Source: Propionicimonas sp.
GTDB taxonomy: Bacteria; Actinomycetota; Actinomycetes; Propionibacteriales; Propionibacteriaceae
Length of the DNA: 24,000 bases
Assembly: GCF_013791955.1 (NCBI RefSeq)
Contig: NZ_VMSW01000002.1
Strand: one strand, 5' to 3'
Positions 1 through 8,925 of the stretch are shown piece after piece. Under the pieces are notes generated by a model. That model saw only the letters and a program-made list of their open reading frames with translations, had not been told where the DNA came from and searched no databases. Position 1 is the first letter of the stretch. The number at the start of each line of letters is the position of its first letter. The position numbers and the translations under genes are program-made.

Positions 1-63
1 GGGGGTTCGCCCGACCAGCTGCGGGAACTTTCGTGCGCCGGTGAACCACTTGGCCTCATTCAT
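1..63 (-). CDS. 5' end of a CDS that runs off the left window edge (function unknown)
   Basis: Minus-strand ATG at 63-61 lies 8 nt after the stop of the upstream gene (72). The frame reads MNEAKWFTGARKFPQLVGRTP with mostly G/C third positions. It is too short for the ORF track. Confidence 0.3.
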   Translation of the reverse strand, partial: MNEAKWFTGARKFPQLVGRTP

Positions 64-71
64 GACAGATC

Positions 72-347
72 TCAGATGTGCACAATGGTGCTGGGTGAGG
101 CCGGGTCAGCGGTCACCACGATCGCAGGCGCCGACTTGATGTCGGTCTCGACCTTCTTGGCGATGAAGGGGAGGGCGAACACGATCGCAACCACTAGGGC
201 CGCCCCCACGGCGCTGCCGATGATGCGCGCCAGCGCCCAATTACCCCTGGCACTGTTGATCAAAAAAAAGATTACGGCAAGAAGAGTCACGCCCCCCTTG
301 ACCGCAGCGTCGGTCTGTCCGGCCAAACTGTTGAACAAATCAAACAT
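72..347 (-). CDS. small membrane protein with two hydrophobic helices, part of the conjugation module
   Basis: 91-aa ORF with two hydrophobic stretches (GVTLLAVIFFLI and IIGSAVGAALVVAIVFALPFI). It starts 10 nt downstream of the TcpC-like gene and is co-oriented with it. Confidence 0.65.
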   Translation of the reverse strand: MFDLFNSLAGQTDAAVKGGVTLLAVIFFLINSARGNWALARIIGSAVGAALVVAIVFALPFIAKKVETDIKSAPAIVVTADPASPSTIVHI

Positions 348-357
348 CTCGTTCTCC

Positions 358-1356
358 TTACTTCTGCGTCGATGACGTCGACGGCGTACTGGGGGCGGGG
401 GAAGCTGTTACCGCGGGAGCAACACTGGGAGTAGCAGTGGGCTGCTTGGCGGCCAACAGTGGCGCGGACCGCACCTGTGACACTTCCCAACGGCCTGCGC
501 GGGCGGTCAAAGTCAGTGAGTACTGCACCGATACCGCCTGCTGGCCGCCCACCTGGGCAACGGCGGTCACCAACACATCGACTCGCGCGCCATCCGCCGG
601 GCTGTCCGGGATTTCGGAGTGAGCGGCCACCGAGCCGATCCGTACCGCAGTGAACGGAGCAGGCTGCACTGCAGTAATCGCTGCACGAGGTGCTACGACC
701 CGCGCAACATCACCACTACCGGCCAGATAGGCGGCCAGGAACTCCGTCGACGTTGTGACCACTGGGCTACTCGGTGGGACAGCAACCGAATAGTCCAGGG
801 CAGGGGCAGCAGCCGCGAGCGCAGTGCTAGGTACCTCCGCCGGCATTGCCACCGCGGAAACCGTCGAGCCGGCGACCTGCACCGGCAAAGTAAAGAAGCG
901 TCGAGACACCATGCGGGCATCGGTGACCGTGGCCGCCACCGTCACCGCCCACACCCCATTGCCAGCATCGACGTAACCGACCGGCATCGCATCAGCGACC
1001 TGCATCCCTGCCTCCGGCAGCATTTGCCCGCTTGAGGCTGGCAGCAGAGTGTGGACCAGGTCCTCCTGGCCGCGGGATGCACCCAGCCAGACAGTCACCG
1101 CCCTAGTCGCGAACTCGCCTGCGACCAGCTGCCGCGATTGAGCCTCACTGCTCAACCCCATAGCAGCCGAAGAAGGTGCGACCGGATGAGTGGCCTGCCA
1201 CATCGACACAGCAAACGCGACCGGGCCCAGCGCGATCGCGACCCACAACAGGCCCGTCACCGCAGTGCTGGCCATCTGGCTACCCATCGTCCACTGATGA
1301 CCGACGACTGCCGGATCCGCAGGGGCCTGCTCCGGTTTGCGGGAAAAGATCGTCAT
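358..1356 (-). CDS. TcpC-like conjugal transfer protein (membrane-anchored, extracytoplasmic)
   Basis: 332-aa ORF with GGAAGGG about 8 nt upstream of the ATG at 1356. It has an N-terminal TM helix (LLWVAIALGPVAFAVSMW), a soluble body and a Pro/Ser/Thr-rich tail. The architecture and context resemble TcpC-family proteins of Gram-positive T4SS elements. The family call is from memory, not a search. Confidence 0.6.
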   Translation of the reverse strand: MTIFSRKPEQAPADPAVVGHQWTMGSQMASTAVTGLLWVAIALGPVAFAVSMWQATHPVAPSSAAMGLSSEAQSRQLVAGEFATRAVTVWLGASRGQEDLVHTLLPASSGQMLPEAGMQVADAMPVGYVDAGNGVWAVTVAATVTDARMVSRRFFTLPVQVAGSTVSAVAMPAEVPSTALAAAAPALDYSVAVPPSSPVVTTSTEFLAAYLAGSGDVARVVAPRAAITAVQPAPFTAVRIGSVAAHSEIPDSPADGARVDVLVTAVAQVGGQQAVSVQYSLTLTARAGRWEVSQVRSAPLLAAKQPTATPSVAPAVTASPAPSTPSTSSTQK

Positions 1357-1607
1357 GCGATCGCCCTTCCGACAAGTTGAAGCGGTGGAGCTGCCACTGA
1401 GCCGGCTGCAGCCCCACCGCGATTAGAGGAAGCGAGCCCCCGATGGTGAGTGGATCTGCTCCCCCGAGATCCCCTCGACCCAGATGCCAGAACTCGGCGG
1501 ATGCGGGCCTCAGCCGGCTCAGACAAAGGCAGGGCAATCAGCACCCCAAGCTGATCGGCACCCCGCTTGTCCATTTCGGCCACTGATGGCCGGGCACCCA
1601 CACTCAT
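1353..1607 (-). CDS. hypothetical protein
   Basis: 84-aa ORF with GGAAGGAG 5 nt upstream of the ATG at 1607. Its stop overlaps the ATG of the next gene (ATGA at 1353-1356). Composition is only moderately protein-like. Confidence 0.45.
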   Translation of the reverse strand: MSVGARPSVAEMDKRGADQLGVLIALPLSEPAEARIRRVLASGSRGSRGSRSTHHRGLASSNRGGAAAGSVAAPPLQLVGRAIA

Positions 1608-1648
1608 CCGTGCTCCTTCCGTGAGCTCGCTTCACTCCTGGAAGGCAT

Positions 1649-1754
1649 AAATCCGGGGCTGATCTGACACCCAGACCAACCCAAAACCCCGATTCTCAGC
1701 GTTTTTTCAGGAAAAGGGGGGGTTTGGGCCAAATCGGGCAAGAAATCGGGCAAG
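1649..1754. promoter_or_regulatory. iteron-like repeats in a divergent intergenic region (candidate operator)
   Basis: A perfect tandem 12-mer AAATCGGGCAAG sits at 1731-1742 and 1743-1754. An inverted copy CCCCGATT is at 1687-1694 and a related AAATCCGGGG at 1649-1658. All lie between the divergent genes ending at 1607 (-) and starting at 1798 (+). Confidence 0.4.
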
Positions 1755-1797
1755 ACCCCCCCGAGATAGTGGACGCACCCCAACTCGAGGAGACCCC

Positions 1798-2613
1798 ATG
1801 CCCCCGACAACCACCACACCGCGCAAGTTCCGGACCCACCACGGCGACAACCCCGTGAACACCAAATCACCACTGTTCGACAAACTCTGCGGCGAATGGG
1901 TCAGCCTCAACACCGACCCCAACACAACGAACGCCACCCGACGCCTCGGCCAAAAACAACCCGCACTAGCCGAACACAACACACCCGGCGACATCGTCGA
2001 CGCGATCGACGCGGCCGACCACCTCGAAGCAGAGATCATGATCAGTGCGCTGCTGGAGTCGTTCCAGGATGGAGACCAGATCGCAGGCCGGATCCTGCTC
2101 CAGCAGTTCTTGCCATTCGTGGCTTCAATCACCCGAGCACCCAGACTTGGTTCAGACACCCAGTGGATTGAAGATCGCCGCCACATCGCCATCGCCGAGC
2201 TCTGGCACCTCGCGGCCACCATCGACATCGATCATTACCGCGGCCGGATCGTCTGCACCTTCACGTGGCGCCTTCGGCACCGCGCCGCCAGCACCGCAGC
2301 CGATGGTCGGCAGATCCCCTGGGGCGACAGCTCCGACTTCGACATCATCACCGAGACCACAAACGAAGAGGAACCACTGCTCTCCGAGCAGTACCGCCTC
2401 GCCCCGGTTCTCGCTTGGGCCCATAGCCAAAACATCATCACCCAGCCCGAGGTGGAGATGCTGACCATCATCTACATCGAGGGCAACCGCACCGACCATG
2501 TCGCCGCCCAGATGGGCCTCAAACCAGCCACGGTCAGCCAACGCTGCCACCGAGCGGTAAAACGGATCCAAGCCCACGTCGACCAAATCCCCGAACCCGC
2601 CGCCATCGCCTAA
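1798..2613 (+). CDS. sigma-70 family-like protein (region 4 HTH clear, region 2 degenerate)
   Basis: 271-aa ORF with GAGGAG 7 nt upstream. The C-terminus EVEMLTIIYIEGNRTDHVAAQMGLKPATVSQRCHRAVKRIQ matches the sigma region 4.2 HTH pattern. The N-terminal part is only loosely region-2-like. Confidence 0.7.
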   Translation: MPPTTTTPRKFRTHHGDNPVNTKSPLFDKLCGEWVSLNTDPNTTNATRRLGQKQPALAEHNTPGDIVDAIDAADHLEAEIMISALLESFQDGDQIAGRILLQQFLPFVASITRAPRLGSDTQWIEDRRHIAIAELWHLAATIDIDHYRGRIVCTFTWRLRHRAASTAADGRQIPWGDSSDFDIITETTNEEEPLLSEQYRLAPVLAWAHSQNIITQPEVEMLTIIYIEGNRTDHVAAQMGLKPATVSQRCHRAVKRIQAHVDQIPEPAAIA

Positions 2614-2623
2614 TCGAGCAGCC

Positions 2624-2968
2624 ATGACCCCACACCCACGAAGCAGGCCCATGCCCAGCCCAGCACCAGCGTTCTTCCCCCAGAAACTCCGCACCGCGAT
2701 CGACACCCGCGCCACAGACCAAACCCTCCGCCTAGACACCCCCGGCATCGCCATAGTCGACGTGCGTCAGCTGATGGACGACCTGGCCCACTTCGGCCCC
2801 CATCACTACCGCACCAAAGCCGAACGCCGCGCCTACCTCGAAGCCGTCCGCGACATCGCCATCCACGTCCAAGCAGCCACCTACACCCACCACGAATCCG
2901 ACGGCCACCTCGTACGAATCCACGGCCTCATCCGCGGCGTCCACACCAACAACGTCACCCACATCTGA
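2624..2968 (+). CDS. hypothetical protein
   Basis: 114-aa ORF starting 10 nt after the previous stop, co-oriented. No obvious SD. Confidence 0.5.
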   Translation: MTPHPRSRPMPSPAPAFFPQKLRTAIDTRATDQTLRLDTPGIAIVDVRQLMDDLAHFGPHHYRTKAERRAYLEAVRDIAIHVQAATYTHHESDGHLVRIHGLIRGVHTNNVTHI

Positions 2969-2978
2969 ACGGAGATCC

Positions 2979-3665
2979 ATGATTTCCAAACGCGCCGCAC
3001 GCCGCCTGCTACAACACCTGCAGGTCGAGTCGAACCCAACACACCCGACCCACGAACGATTGATCATCCGATCTGGCGAAGACCTCAACGACTTCCTATA
3101 CGACGCCGCACGGACTTTTCCCCGGTACGCCACCATCAGGCTCTACCTGCCACCGGTCCGATTCGGGCCGAATGTGTTCGCACGAACACGCCTCAACCTT
3201 CACGAGGGCAATGCGGTCATCGAAGCAGTGACCGTGCAGGATCCCGCCACGCCGCGGTGGATCACAACCCTCTACCAGCCCAGCACAGCCCTCGCCTACC
3301 CGGGCATCCAGATGGTCTTCCGCTCCGAACACATCACCGGCGCAGTCCCCGCAATCTTCAGCTATATCACCGGCTGGCTAGCCTGGCATACAGCAGCCAC
3401 CGGGCCCGTCACAGTGGCGATCGGTTACACCGCCACCACTGCGGCCTTGGCCGTAGTCGCCGTCCTGGGCGGCATCGTCGCCCCCCACCTGTACCGGACA
3501 CGCTGGTCCAAGACCCTGCCCGTCGACACAGCACAAGAACCAGGAACCTCAATCCTCACGACCCTACGAGACCACCCCAACACCGAACCCGCCGACATCT
3601 GGCGCCACGCCAACGAATACGCCGCCCTGCCTTCAACCCTCTACCGGCCCCACGACCTCCGATAA
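2979..3665 (+). CDS. hypothetical membrane protein
   Basis: 228-aa ORF with GGAG upstream. Hydrophobic segments include AIFSYITGWLAWH and VAIGYTATTAALAVVAVLGGIVA. Confidence 0.65.
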   Translation: MISKRAARRLLQHLQVESNPTHPTHERLIIRSGEDLNDFLYDAARTFPRYATIRLYLPPVRFGPNVFARTRLNLHEGNAVIEAVTVQDPATPRWITTLYQPSTALAYPGIQMVFRSEHITGAVPAIFSYITGWLAWHTAATGPVTVAIGYTATTAALAVVAVLGGIVAPHLYRTRWSKTLPVDTAQEPGTSILTTLRDHPNTEPADIWRHANEYAALPSTLYRPHDLR

Positions 3666-3810
3666 CCACCGTTTGTGGCGGCCCGCCGCACCCACTACTC
3701 CCCTATTTGCCGAGGGCCTTCCGCACCGTTTGCCGACTGATACCGAGCAGGACAGCGGCCCACCAGACACAACTAACAGCGCTGTCAGCGGCACCCAATA
3801 ACCTCACACC

Positions 3811-4047
3811 ATGGACTCCACCATCACCCGGGACGACATCGAGTTGATCACCAGACACAGCATGATCAACGACACCGCCCGGACCAGCACCTACACCCAA
3901 ACACGCGACCACGTGCTCGAGACGGTCAGCCGTAACCAGGCCAACGGGAACACTGAAGCCAACCTGCGGCTATTGATCACCGCACTCCGCGGCCAGAACC
4001 AGGCACTCAACACCCTCGTCCGCGCCATCAAGATCCCGGCGGCCTAG
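3811..4047 (+). CDS. hypothetical protein
   Basis: 78-aa ORF. Its stop lies 2 nt before the start of the next gene. Confidence 0.5.
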   Translation: MDSTITRDDIELITRHSMINDTARTSTYTQTRDHVLETVSRNQANGNTEANLRLLITALRGQNQALNTLVRAIKIPAA

Positions 4048-4049
4048 CC

Positions 4050-4376
4050 ATGCCAAACCAGCCAGGCCACAACGACACCGTGGTGCTCACCATCGCCCAG
4101 GTCGAGTACCACCCAGGCGGCTTCCCGGTCGGCACGATCACAACGATCACCACCGACACCGCCCACCTCTACAGCACCGCAGACGCCTGGGCACGAGAAC
4201 ACGTCCTCACCGAGACCGAAAGCCTCACCAGAGGCATCCGGCACCTACTCAACCCCACCACGCCACCCAAAGACGGCTTCGCCGGCCTCATCAACAAACC
4301 CACCGGCATCTTCCTCCTCGCGCAGTGGCCCTGGTGTATTCGCCTCCCCCGAGAGATCCAAGCCCTCCTGAGCTAG
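4050..4376 (+). CDS. hypothetical protein whose 5' end has a degraded second copy at 10759-10852
   Basis: 108-aa ORF. Nucleotides ~4056-4132 recur with one frameshifting indel at ~10777-10852. Confidence 0.6.
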   Translation: MPNQPGHNDTVVLTIAQVEYHPGGFPVGTITTITTDTAHLYSTADAWAREHVLTETESLTRGIRHLLNPTTPPKDGFAGLINKPTGIFLLAQWPWCIRLPREIQALLS

Positions 4377-4516
4377 GGCCAGAGGCTAGGCGCCAGCACT
4401 GACACCCCTGCCCGAAATCTTTACCGCACCCCTCGTCTGGGCCGGCGCTGATCGAGGTCGCCATTTCCGGCGTTGATCTGAGCATCGAGGCAGGCAACAG
4501 TCCTTCAACTACACCC

Positions 4517-4545
4517 TTGCCACATGTCAGGTTTCCTGACACTAT
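4517..4545 (+). promoter_or_regulatory. candidate promoter with an embedded palindromic operator
   Basis: TTGCCA (4517-4522), a 17-nt spacer, then CACTAT (4540-4545). The spacer contains the perfect inverted repeat TGTCAGG-TTT-CCTGACA (4525-4541). It sits in a 225-nt gap upstream of the 4602 operon. Confidence 0.35.
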
Positions 4546-4601
4546 TGAGTCCTCAAGAGGTCAGGCATCAGGCCAGACCGAAAGCCCCAAGGGAAAAAAT
4601 C

Positions 4602-4847
4602 ATGCCCGAGACCACCACCAGCCGGATCTACACCACCCTCGCCGATCTGGTCGATCAAGAGATCATCGGAGCGTTCGTCGAGTACGGCACCGACTACGAC
4701 ATCGACGGCCTAGTGCAGGCGCTCCGCGACGCGGACCACATCACCTACATCAACACCGTGCCCCTCGACCAGCAAGGCTTCCAACTGAGCATCGACTCCG
4801 ACACATTCTGGGCGCTGGCAGCCAAGTTCGATCGAGCAGCCAAGTGA
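4602..4847 (+). CDS. hypothetical protein
   Basis: The internal ATG at 4602 is preceded by AAGGGA. The 26 upstream codons of the listed ORF overlap the predicted promoter, so they were dropped. Product is 81 aa. Confidence 0.55.
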   Translation: MPETTTSRIYTTLADLVDQEIIGAFVEYGTDYDIDGLVQALRDADHITYINTVPLDQQGFQLSIDSDTFWALAAKFDRAAK

Positions 4848-5254
4848 GCATTGAGCTCGCCGAGCTGGCCCCCACTTCGGTGGGGGCCTCCCGCATGTCG
4901 GCGGCAGAGTTCCGCTGCCTGCGGGAATGGCTCGGTCTCACCACATCGTGGGTCGCCGAGCATGTCGGGGTCGCCGAGCGGTCGGTGCACAGGTGGGAAG
5001 CCGGGGCAATGCGCGTCCCGGAAGCGGTCGGGGCCAAAATGCTGCAGGTGTCCGAGGTCACCTACGACGCCCTGAATACCGCCGTGGACCATCTGATGGA
5101 TCTATCCGAGCCGTCGATCTGGACTTATCGCACCGACGATGACTATCGCACTCACCACCCAGAGCTGGACTGGCCAGCCTCCTGGCATCGGGCACTGTGC
5201 GCACGTATCGCCGACGAGGTCCCTGGACTTCGCATCGATTACTGGCATGGATGA
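4844..5254 (+). CDS. XRE-type HTH regulator, paralogous to the C-terminal two-thirds of the 6156 product
   Basis: GTG at 4844 overlaps the previous stop (GTGA); the alternative start is ATG 4895. HTH motif: FRCLREWLGLTTSWVAEHVGVAERSVHRWEAG. The N-terminal 109 codons of the listed 245-aa ORF are R/H/P-rich and were rejected. Confidence 0.65.
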   Translation: MSIELAELAPTSVGASRMSAAEFRCLREWLGLTTSWVAEHVGVAERSVHRWEAGAMRVPEAVGAKMLQVSEVTYDALNTAVDHLMDLSEPSIWTYRTDDDYRTHHPELDWPASWHRALCARIADEVPGLRIDYWHG

Positions 5255-6095
5255 TCTGCCGCGCCTAGTGGCCCGCCAATCTGGGTCCCGTCTGGTCACG
5301 CGCCGTGAAGCCGCCGACGATCTGGGGTACTCGGCAGCGTCGTTGGCCACGCTGATAAGCCGCTATCCGCAGCGATGGCCCCGGCCCGCTGCGATGCTGA
5401 GGGTGGGCAGGGTATGGCAGATGCTATGGGATCTGGACGAGCTCCAGTCGGCAGTGCCGCCGCTACGGGAGTCACGGATTGGTCGTGGATCCACGGTGTC
5501 CGAGTCAGACGGGATCATCAGGTGTCTGGAATGTGGCCTGCGGTTCCGCAACCTCGGGCGCCACCTCAACGCCGCCCACGACATGACAGCAGCGGAATAC
5601 CGATCCGCCCACCAACTGCCAGCGACGGCTGCGCTGATGGCTGACGCGCAGCGTGCCCAAGGGCACGACAGGATGATGGACGCCGACATCGCCCACCTGG
5701 CGAAATTCCGTACCCCTGAGCACCTGAACCAGATGCGCGCCGCCGCCATCGAGTCAATAAGGGTCACTGAGGACTATGCAGCAGTCAGGGCCGCACGAGC
5801 GGCGGGCAGGCGTTATGCGGTCCAAGTGATGCACGGAAAGCGCATGCTGGCCATCGATGACAAGGCCCGCCAGGCCGGATACGAGGGTATCGACGATGCG
5901 ATCCGGGCCACGCAGGCATTGGCGGGTACTGCTGCGGCAGCCAAAATCGGCATAGGTCACACCACCGTGCTGCGGCGCCGTGCGCAACTCGGCATCGCCA
6001 GCCCCCGCCGAAGGGCGCGGCGGTCAGTCGAGTCAGGAAATTCGTCCATCCCGCCCACCGCACGACCTAGCCAACACCAAACCAACCGTGATTAA
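5247..6095 (+). CDS. MucR/Ros-family zinc-finger regulator with extra HTH-like segments
   Basis: ATG 5247 overlaps the previous stop. The motif CLECGLRFRNLGRHLNAAHDMTAAEYRSAHQLP matches the C-x2-C...H-x3-4-H MucR/Ros signature. HTH-like stretches flank it: N-terminal (VTRREAADDLGYSAASLATLI) and C-terminal (AAAKIGIGHTTVLRRRAQLGI). Confidence 0.8.
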   Translation: MDDLPRLVARQSGSRLVTRREAADDLGYSAASLATLISRYPQRWPRPAAMLRVGRVWQMLWDLDELQSAVPPLRESRIGRGSTVSESDGIIRCLECGLRFRNLGRHLNAAHDMTAAEYRSAHQLPATAALMADAQRAQGHDRMMDADIAHLAKFRTPEHLNQMRAAAIESIRVTEDYAAVRAARAAGRRYAVQVMHGKRMLAIDDKARQAGYEGIDDAIRATQALAGTAAAAKIGIGHTTVLRRRAQLGIASPRRRARRSVESGNSSIPPTARPSQHQTNRD

Positions 6096-6155
6096 ATAAT
6101 CACACCGAGTAAGGCTTCAGGCCACGGCTCGCCCTCACGAGAGGACCACCACCCC

Positions 6156-6728
6156 ATGACCGACTACACCCAATGCCCCGAATGCGGCAGCGATGACCTC
6201 ACCATCAACACCTGCGAGGCCTGGTGTGGCGACTGCAGCTGGCACATCACCGACCAAGCCCCCGCCTTCGACCAGTACCGCACAGCTGAACTCGCACACC
6301 GCGACACCATCACCCAACTGGTGGACTCCATCATCGACACACAGCTCGCACCGATCACCCCCACCGCCATCGAGCTCCGCGCACGCCGTGAAGCTCTCGG
6401 CCTCAGCCAACAACAACTCGCCAGTGCCATTCACGTCGCGCAATCAACGCTGGCTCAGTGGGAATCCGGTAAGCGACGCATCCCGGGCATACGCCCCGAG
6501 CTGAACGTGCTCGAAGCCCTGGTGGAGGACTTCATCGACGACCTGGTCGACCAGGTCAACACCGGCGGAGCTGAAAGTCTGCGGACATACCTCGCCGACA
6601 CCGACTGGTGGGCCACCGATCCAGTCGTGAACGCATTGGCCCTCCCAGCGGCACTACACCGCGTCGCGGCCGCCAGAGCTGCAGCAAAGCTGCACCGCAG
6701 CGGCACCACAATCAGCATCACGACGTAG
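6156..6728 (+). CDS. zinc-ribbon + XRE-type HTH regulator
   Basis: 190-aa ORF with GAGAGGA upstream. N-terminal CPECG...CEAWCGDC, then ELRARREALGLSQQQLASAIHVAQSTLAQWESGKRRIP. The C-terminal region parallels that of the 4844 product (TYLADTDWW vs TYRTDDDY; LPAALHRVAAARAA vs WPASWHRALCARIA). Confidence 0.8.
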   Translation: MTDYTQCPECGSDDLTINTCEAWCGDCSWHITDQAPAFDQYRTAELAHRDTITQLVDSIIDTQLAPITPTAIELRARREALGLSQQQLASAIHVAQSTLAQWESGKRRIPGIRPELNVLEALVEDFIDDLVDQVNTGGAESLRTYLADTDWWATDPVVNALALPAALHRVAAARAAAKLHRSGTTISITT

Positions 6729-6802
6729 CTCGGCGACGCTCGGTGCGATGGATCGTCGTTTCTCAGCGCACCGGGGCCACTACTGAGACCAGTATCCACA
6801 TA

Positions 6803-6856
6803 CTCTCTAGGCTTATCTAAGCCTCTCTAGGCTCGCACCTTAGACAGGCGTATATT
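6803..6856 (+). promoter_or_regulatory. AT-rich promoter/operator region for the ATPase cassette, possibly leaderless
   Basis: Direct repeat CTCTCTAGGCT at 6803-6813 and 6823-6833 (20-nt phasing). Perfect inverted repeat AGGCTTA-TC-TAAGCCT at 6809-6824. TATATT at 6851-6856 ends 7 nt before the ATG at 6864. GC content is clearly lower than in the surrounding sequence. Confidence 0.4.
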
Positions 6857-6863
6857 CTGCTAG

Positions 6864-8027
6864 ATGGAGCCCGAACTCAACCCGTACCGGCCCGGCGCAG
6901 GCCTACTCCCCCCGGAGCTCGCCGGACGCGAAGAGCACCTCAACCACTTTGAACAGCTCATCATCCGCGCCAAACACCGAACCATCGACCGCGCCCTGAT
7001 CATTTCCGGCCTACGCGGCGTCGGCAAGACCGCCCTGATGACTCGCTTCTCCCAAATGGCCGACCAGCACCGCTGGATCTACATCACCACCGAGGGCCAA
7101 GCCAACGACACCGCAGCACACGAAGTACGCCGCCGCCTCGGCGCCGAGATCCAAGCCGCACTTGTCCGATTCAGCCTCAAAGCCCGACTAGACGACGCAC
7201 TCCGGCACCTCAGCGCCCTCGCCGGCCAGTTCTCCCTCAGCCTCGGCCCCGTCACCATCGAATCCAAGCCCGCAGCAACCGGCCTGCTCGACCTCGACGT
7301 CGAAACGCTCACCCTCGCCATCGCCAAAGAAGCCCAGGTCCGCGAAGCCGCCTTCGCGATCTTCGTCGACGAACTCCAAGACCTCGACCACGACATGCTC
7401 ACCGCACTCCTGGTCGCGCAACACAAGGCACAGCAACAAAACCTGCCGTTCTACCTCATCGGCGCCGGCCTACCCAGCCTCCCCGCGATCCTCACCAACG
7501 CCAAGTCCTACGCCGAGCGACTGTTCCGCTACTCCACCGTCGGGCCACTCAACGAGCAGCACGCCACCGAAGCCCTCACAGTCCCCGCAGAAAAGGTCGG
7601 CTGCTCCTACTCACCCGACGCCCTCGCCACCATCCTCACCGCCTCCGGCGGCTACCCCTACTTCCTTCAGGAGTACGGCAAGGCAATCTGGGACTTCGCC
7701 GATGAAAAGACCTTCACCGATCTCGACGCACTCGCCGCGGTCGAAATCGGCCGCGAACAGCTGGACTCCGGCTTCTTCCCATCCCGCTGGCTACGGGCGT
7801 CCGACCGCGAGCGCGAATACATGACCACCATGTCAGTCGTCGGCGCCGGCAAACCGGCATCCACCACAGCGATCGCCAAAGACATGAGCGCAGCACCCAG
7901 CAAGCTCAGCCCCATCCGACAATCCCTCATCGCCAAAGGCCTCATCTACGCCCCTGAACGCGGCTTCGTCGACTTCTCCGTCCCAGGCATGGCCGACTAC
8001 ATCGACCGCGCCTGGATCGGCGACTAA
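6864..8027 (+). CDS. AAA-type ATPase (archaeal-ATPase/AAA_16-like) with a probable C-terminal winged helix
   Basis: 387-aa ORF. N-terminal NPYRPGAGLLPPELAGREEHL, Walker A GLRGVGKTALM and Walker B IFVDELQDL. The C-terminal ~70 aa are helix-rich. Confidence 0.85.
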   Translation: MEPELNPYRPGAGLLPPELAGREEHLNHFEQLIIRAKHRTIDRALIISGLRGVGKTALMTRFSQMADQHRWIYITTEGQANDTAAHEVRRRLGAEIQAALVRFSLKARLDDALRHLSALAGQFSLSLGPVTIESKPAATGLLDLDVETLTLAIAKEAQVREAAFAIFVDELQDLDHDMLTALLVAQHKAQQQNLPFYLIGAGLPSLPAILTNAKSYAERLFRYSTVGPLNEQHATEALTVPAEKVGCSYSPDALATILTASGGYPYFLQEYGKAIWDFADEKTFTDLDALAAVEIGREQLDSGFFPSRWLRASDREREYMTTMSVVGAGKPASTTAIAKDMSAAPSKLSPIRQSLIAKGLIYAPERGFVDFSVPGMADYIDRAWIGD

Positions 8028-8109
8028 GGCAGCCCAAATCGGTCAGCGGGCCCGCGTGTCAGCGCCACGTGGTCGAATAGCCGCAACCAGCGACCACAGG
8101 AAACCGCAA

Positions 8110-8925
8110 ATGCCTCTCACCGTTCTGCACGGGGACCAGCTTGTCCACTCGTGGGACTACCACGATCTGGATGACTGGCAGGCGCTCCGCGACGACTCAC
8201 AGAAGGTCCGGAAGCTGCACTTCCCCTGCTGCACCTCACCGGTCGTGCTCAAAGTGTCGATCAACGAAATACCATTCTTCGCCCATGCACCTGGCCGAGC
8301 CTGCACCCAATCGCAGCAGGCCGGGAGACGAGAATCGCCTGAGCATCAGGCGTTGAAATACGCGGTCGCATTCCACCTCTCCAAGATCACCGGCTGGACC
8401 GTACGAACAGAGCACCCAGCACCAGACCGGACCTGGCGAGCCGACGTACTCGCCACACACACAAATGGCCGCCAGCTGGCCGTGGAACCCCAACTCGCCC
8501 GACAGTCAGCAGCAGCCTTCACGCACAGGAGCACCCGCTACCTACAGGCAGGGATCATGCCCGCCTGGATCACAACAGGCCTACCCACCGAAGTCGAGAT
8601 GCGACAGGTGGCTCACTTCCAGATTCCCGATCGACAGCTGCTACGAGCCCACACTTCCGCCATCCTCAACACGATCGGTGCGACCGCCCAATGGGGGACG
8701 AAAGAAGAACTCACCCTTGCCGATTACCTCGACCGGATGGCCGCCCCTGACGCAGACTGGCCCTGGACGCTCGAAGCGATCCGAGACCTACGAGTACCTC
8801 CCCCGAAGCGCCAGGTCCAATGGCCCGAAATGGGCCCGCCACCAGCCACCGAAGCCGACCGGATCAAAGCGATGTACACGCGGCTAGTGGCCGCGGCCCA
8901 GATAGATCAGAACCACCAGCGGTAG
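8110..8925 (+). CDS. CoiA-like PD-(D/E)xK family nuclease
   Basis: ATG 8110 with AGGAAA upstream (alternative GTG 8056). Motifs appear in CoiA order: PCC...FFAH, ESPEHQALK, RADVLA, LAVEPQLARQS, RSTRYLQAGIMPAWI. Confidence 0.75.
   Translation: MPLTVLHGDQLVHSWDYHDLDDWQALRDDSQKVRKLHFPCCTSPVVLKVSINEIPFFAHAPGRACTQSQQAGRRESPEHQALKYAVAFHLSKITGWTVRTEHPAPDRTWRADVLATHTNGRQLAVEPQLARQSAAAFTHRSTRYLQAGIMPAWITTGLPTEVEMRQVAHFQIPDRQLLRAHTSAILNTIGATAQWGTKEELTLADYLDRMAAPDADWPWTLEAIRDLRVPPPKRQVQWPEMGPPPATEADRIKAMYTRLVAAAQIDQNHQR

Noticed and set aside
3703-3912. A minus-strand 69-aa ORF ending in an HTH-like LLGISRQTVRKALGK
   Set aside because: The part lying in the intergenic gap has no usable start codon. 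The rest is Gly/Val-rich antisense to the 3811 gene. At most it is a remnant of an old HTH gene.
4517-4843. N-terminal 109 codons of the 245-aa ORF 4517-5254
   Set aside because: The stretch is Arg/His/Pro-rich. It overlaps the better-supported 4602-4847 gene in another frame and begins inside the predicted promoter. GTG 4844 or ATG 4895 are the plausible starts.
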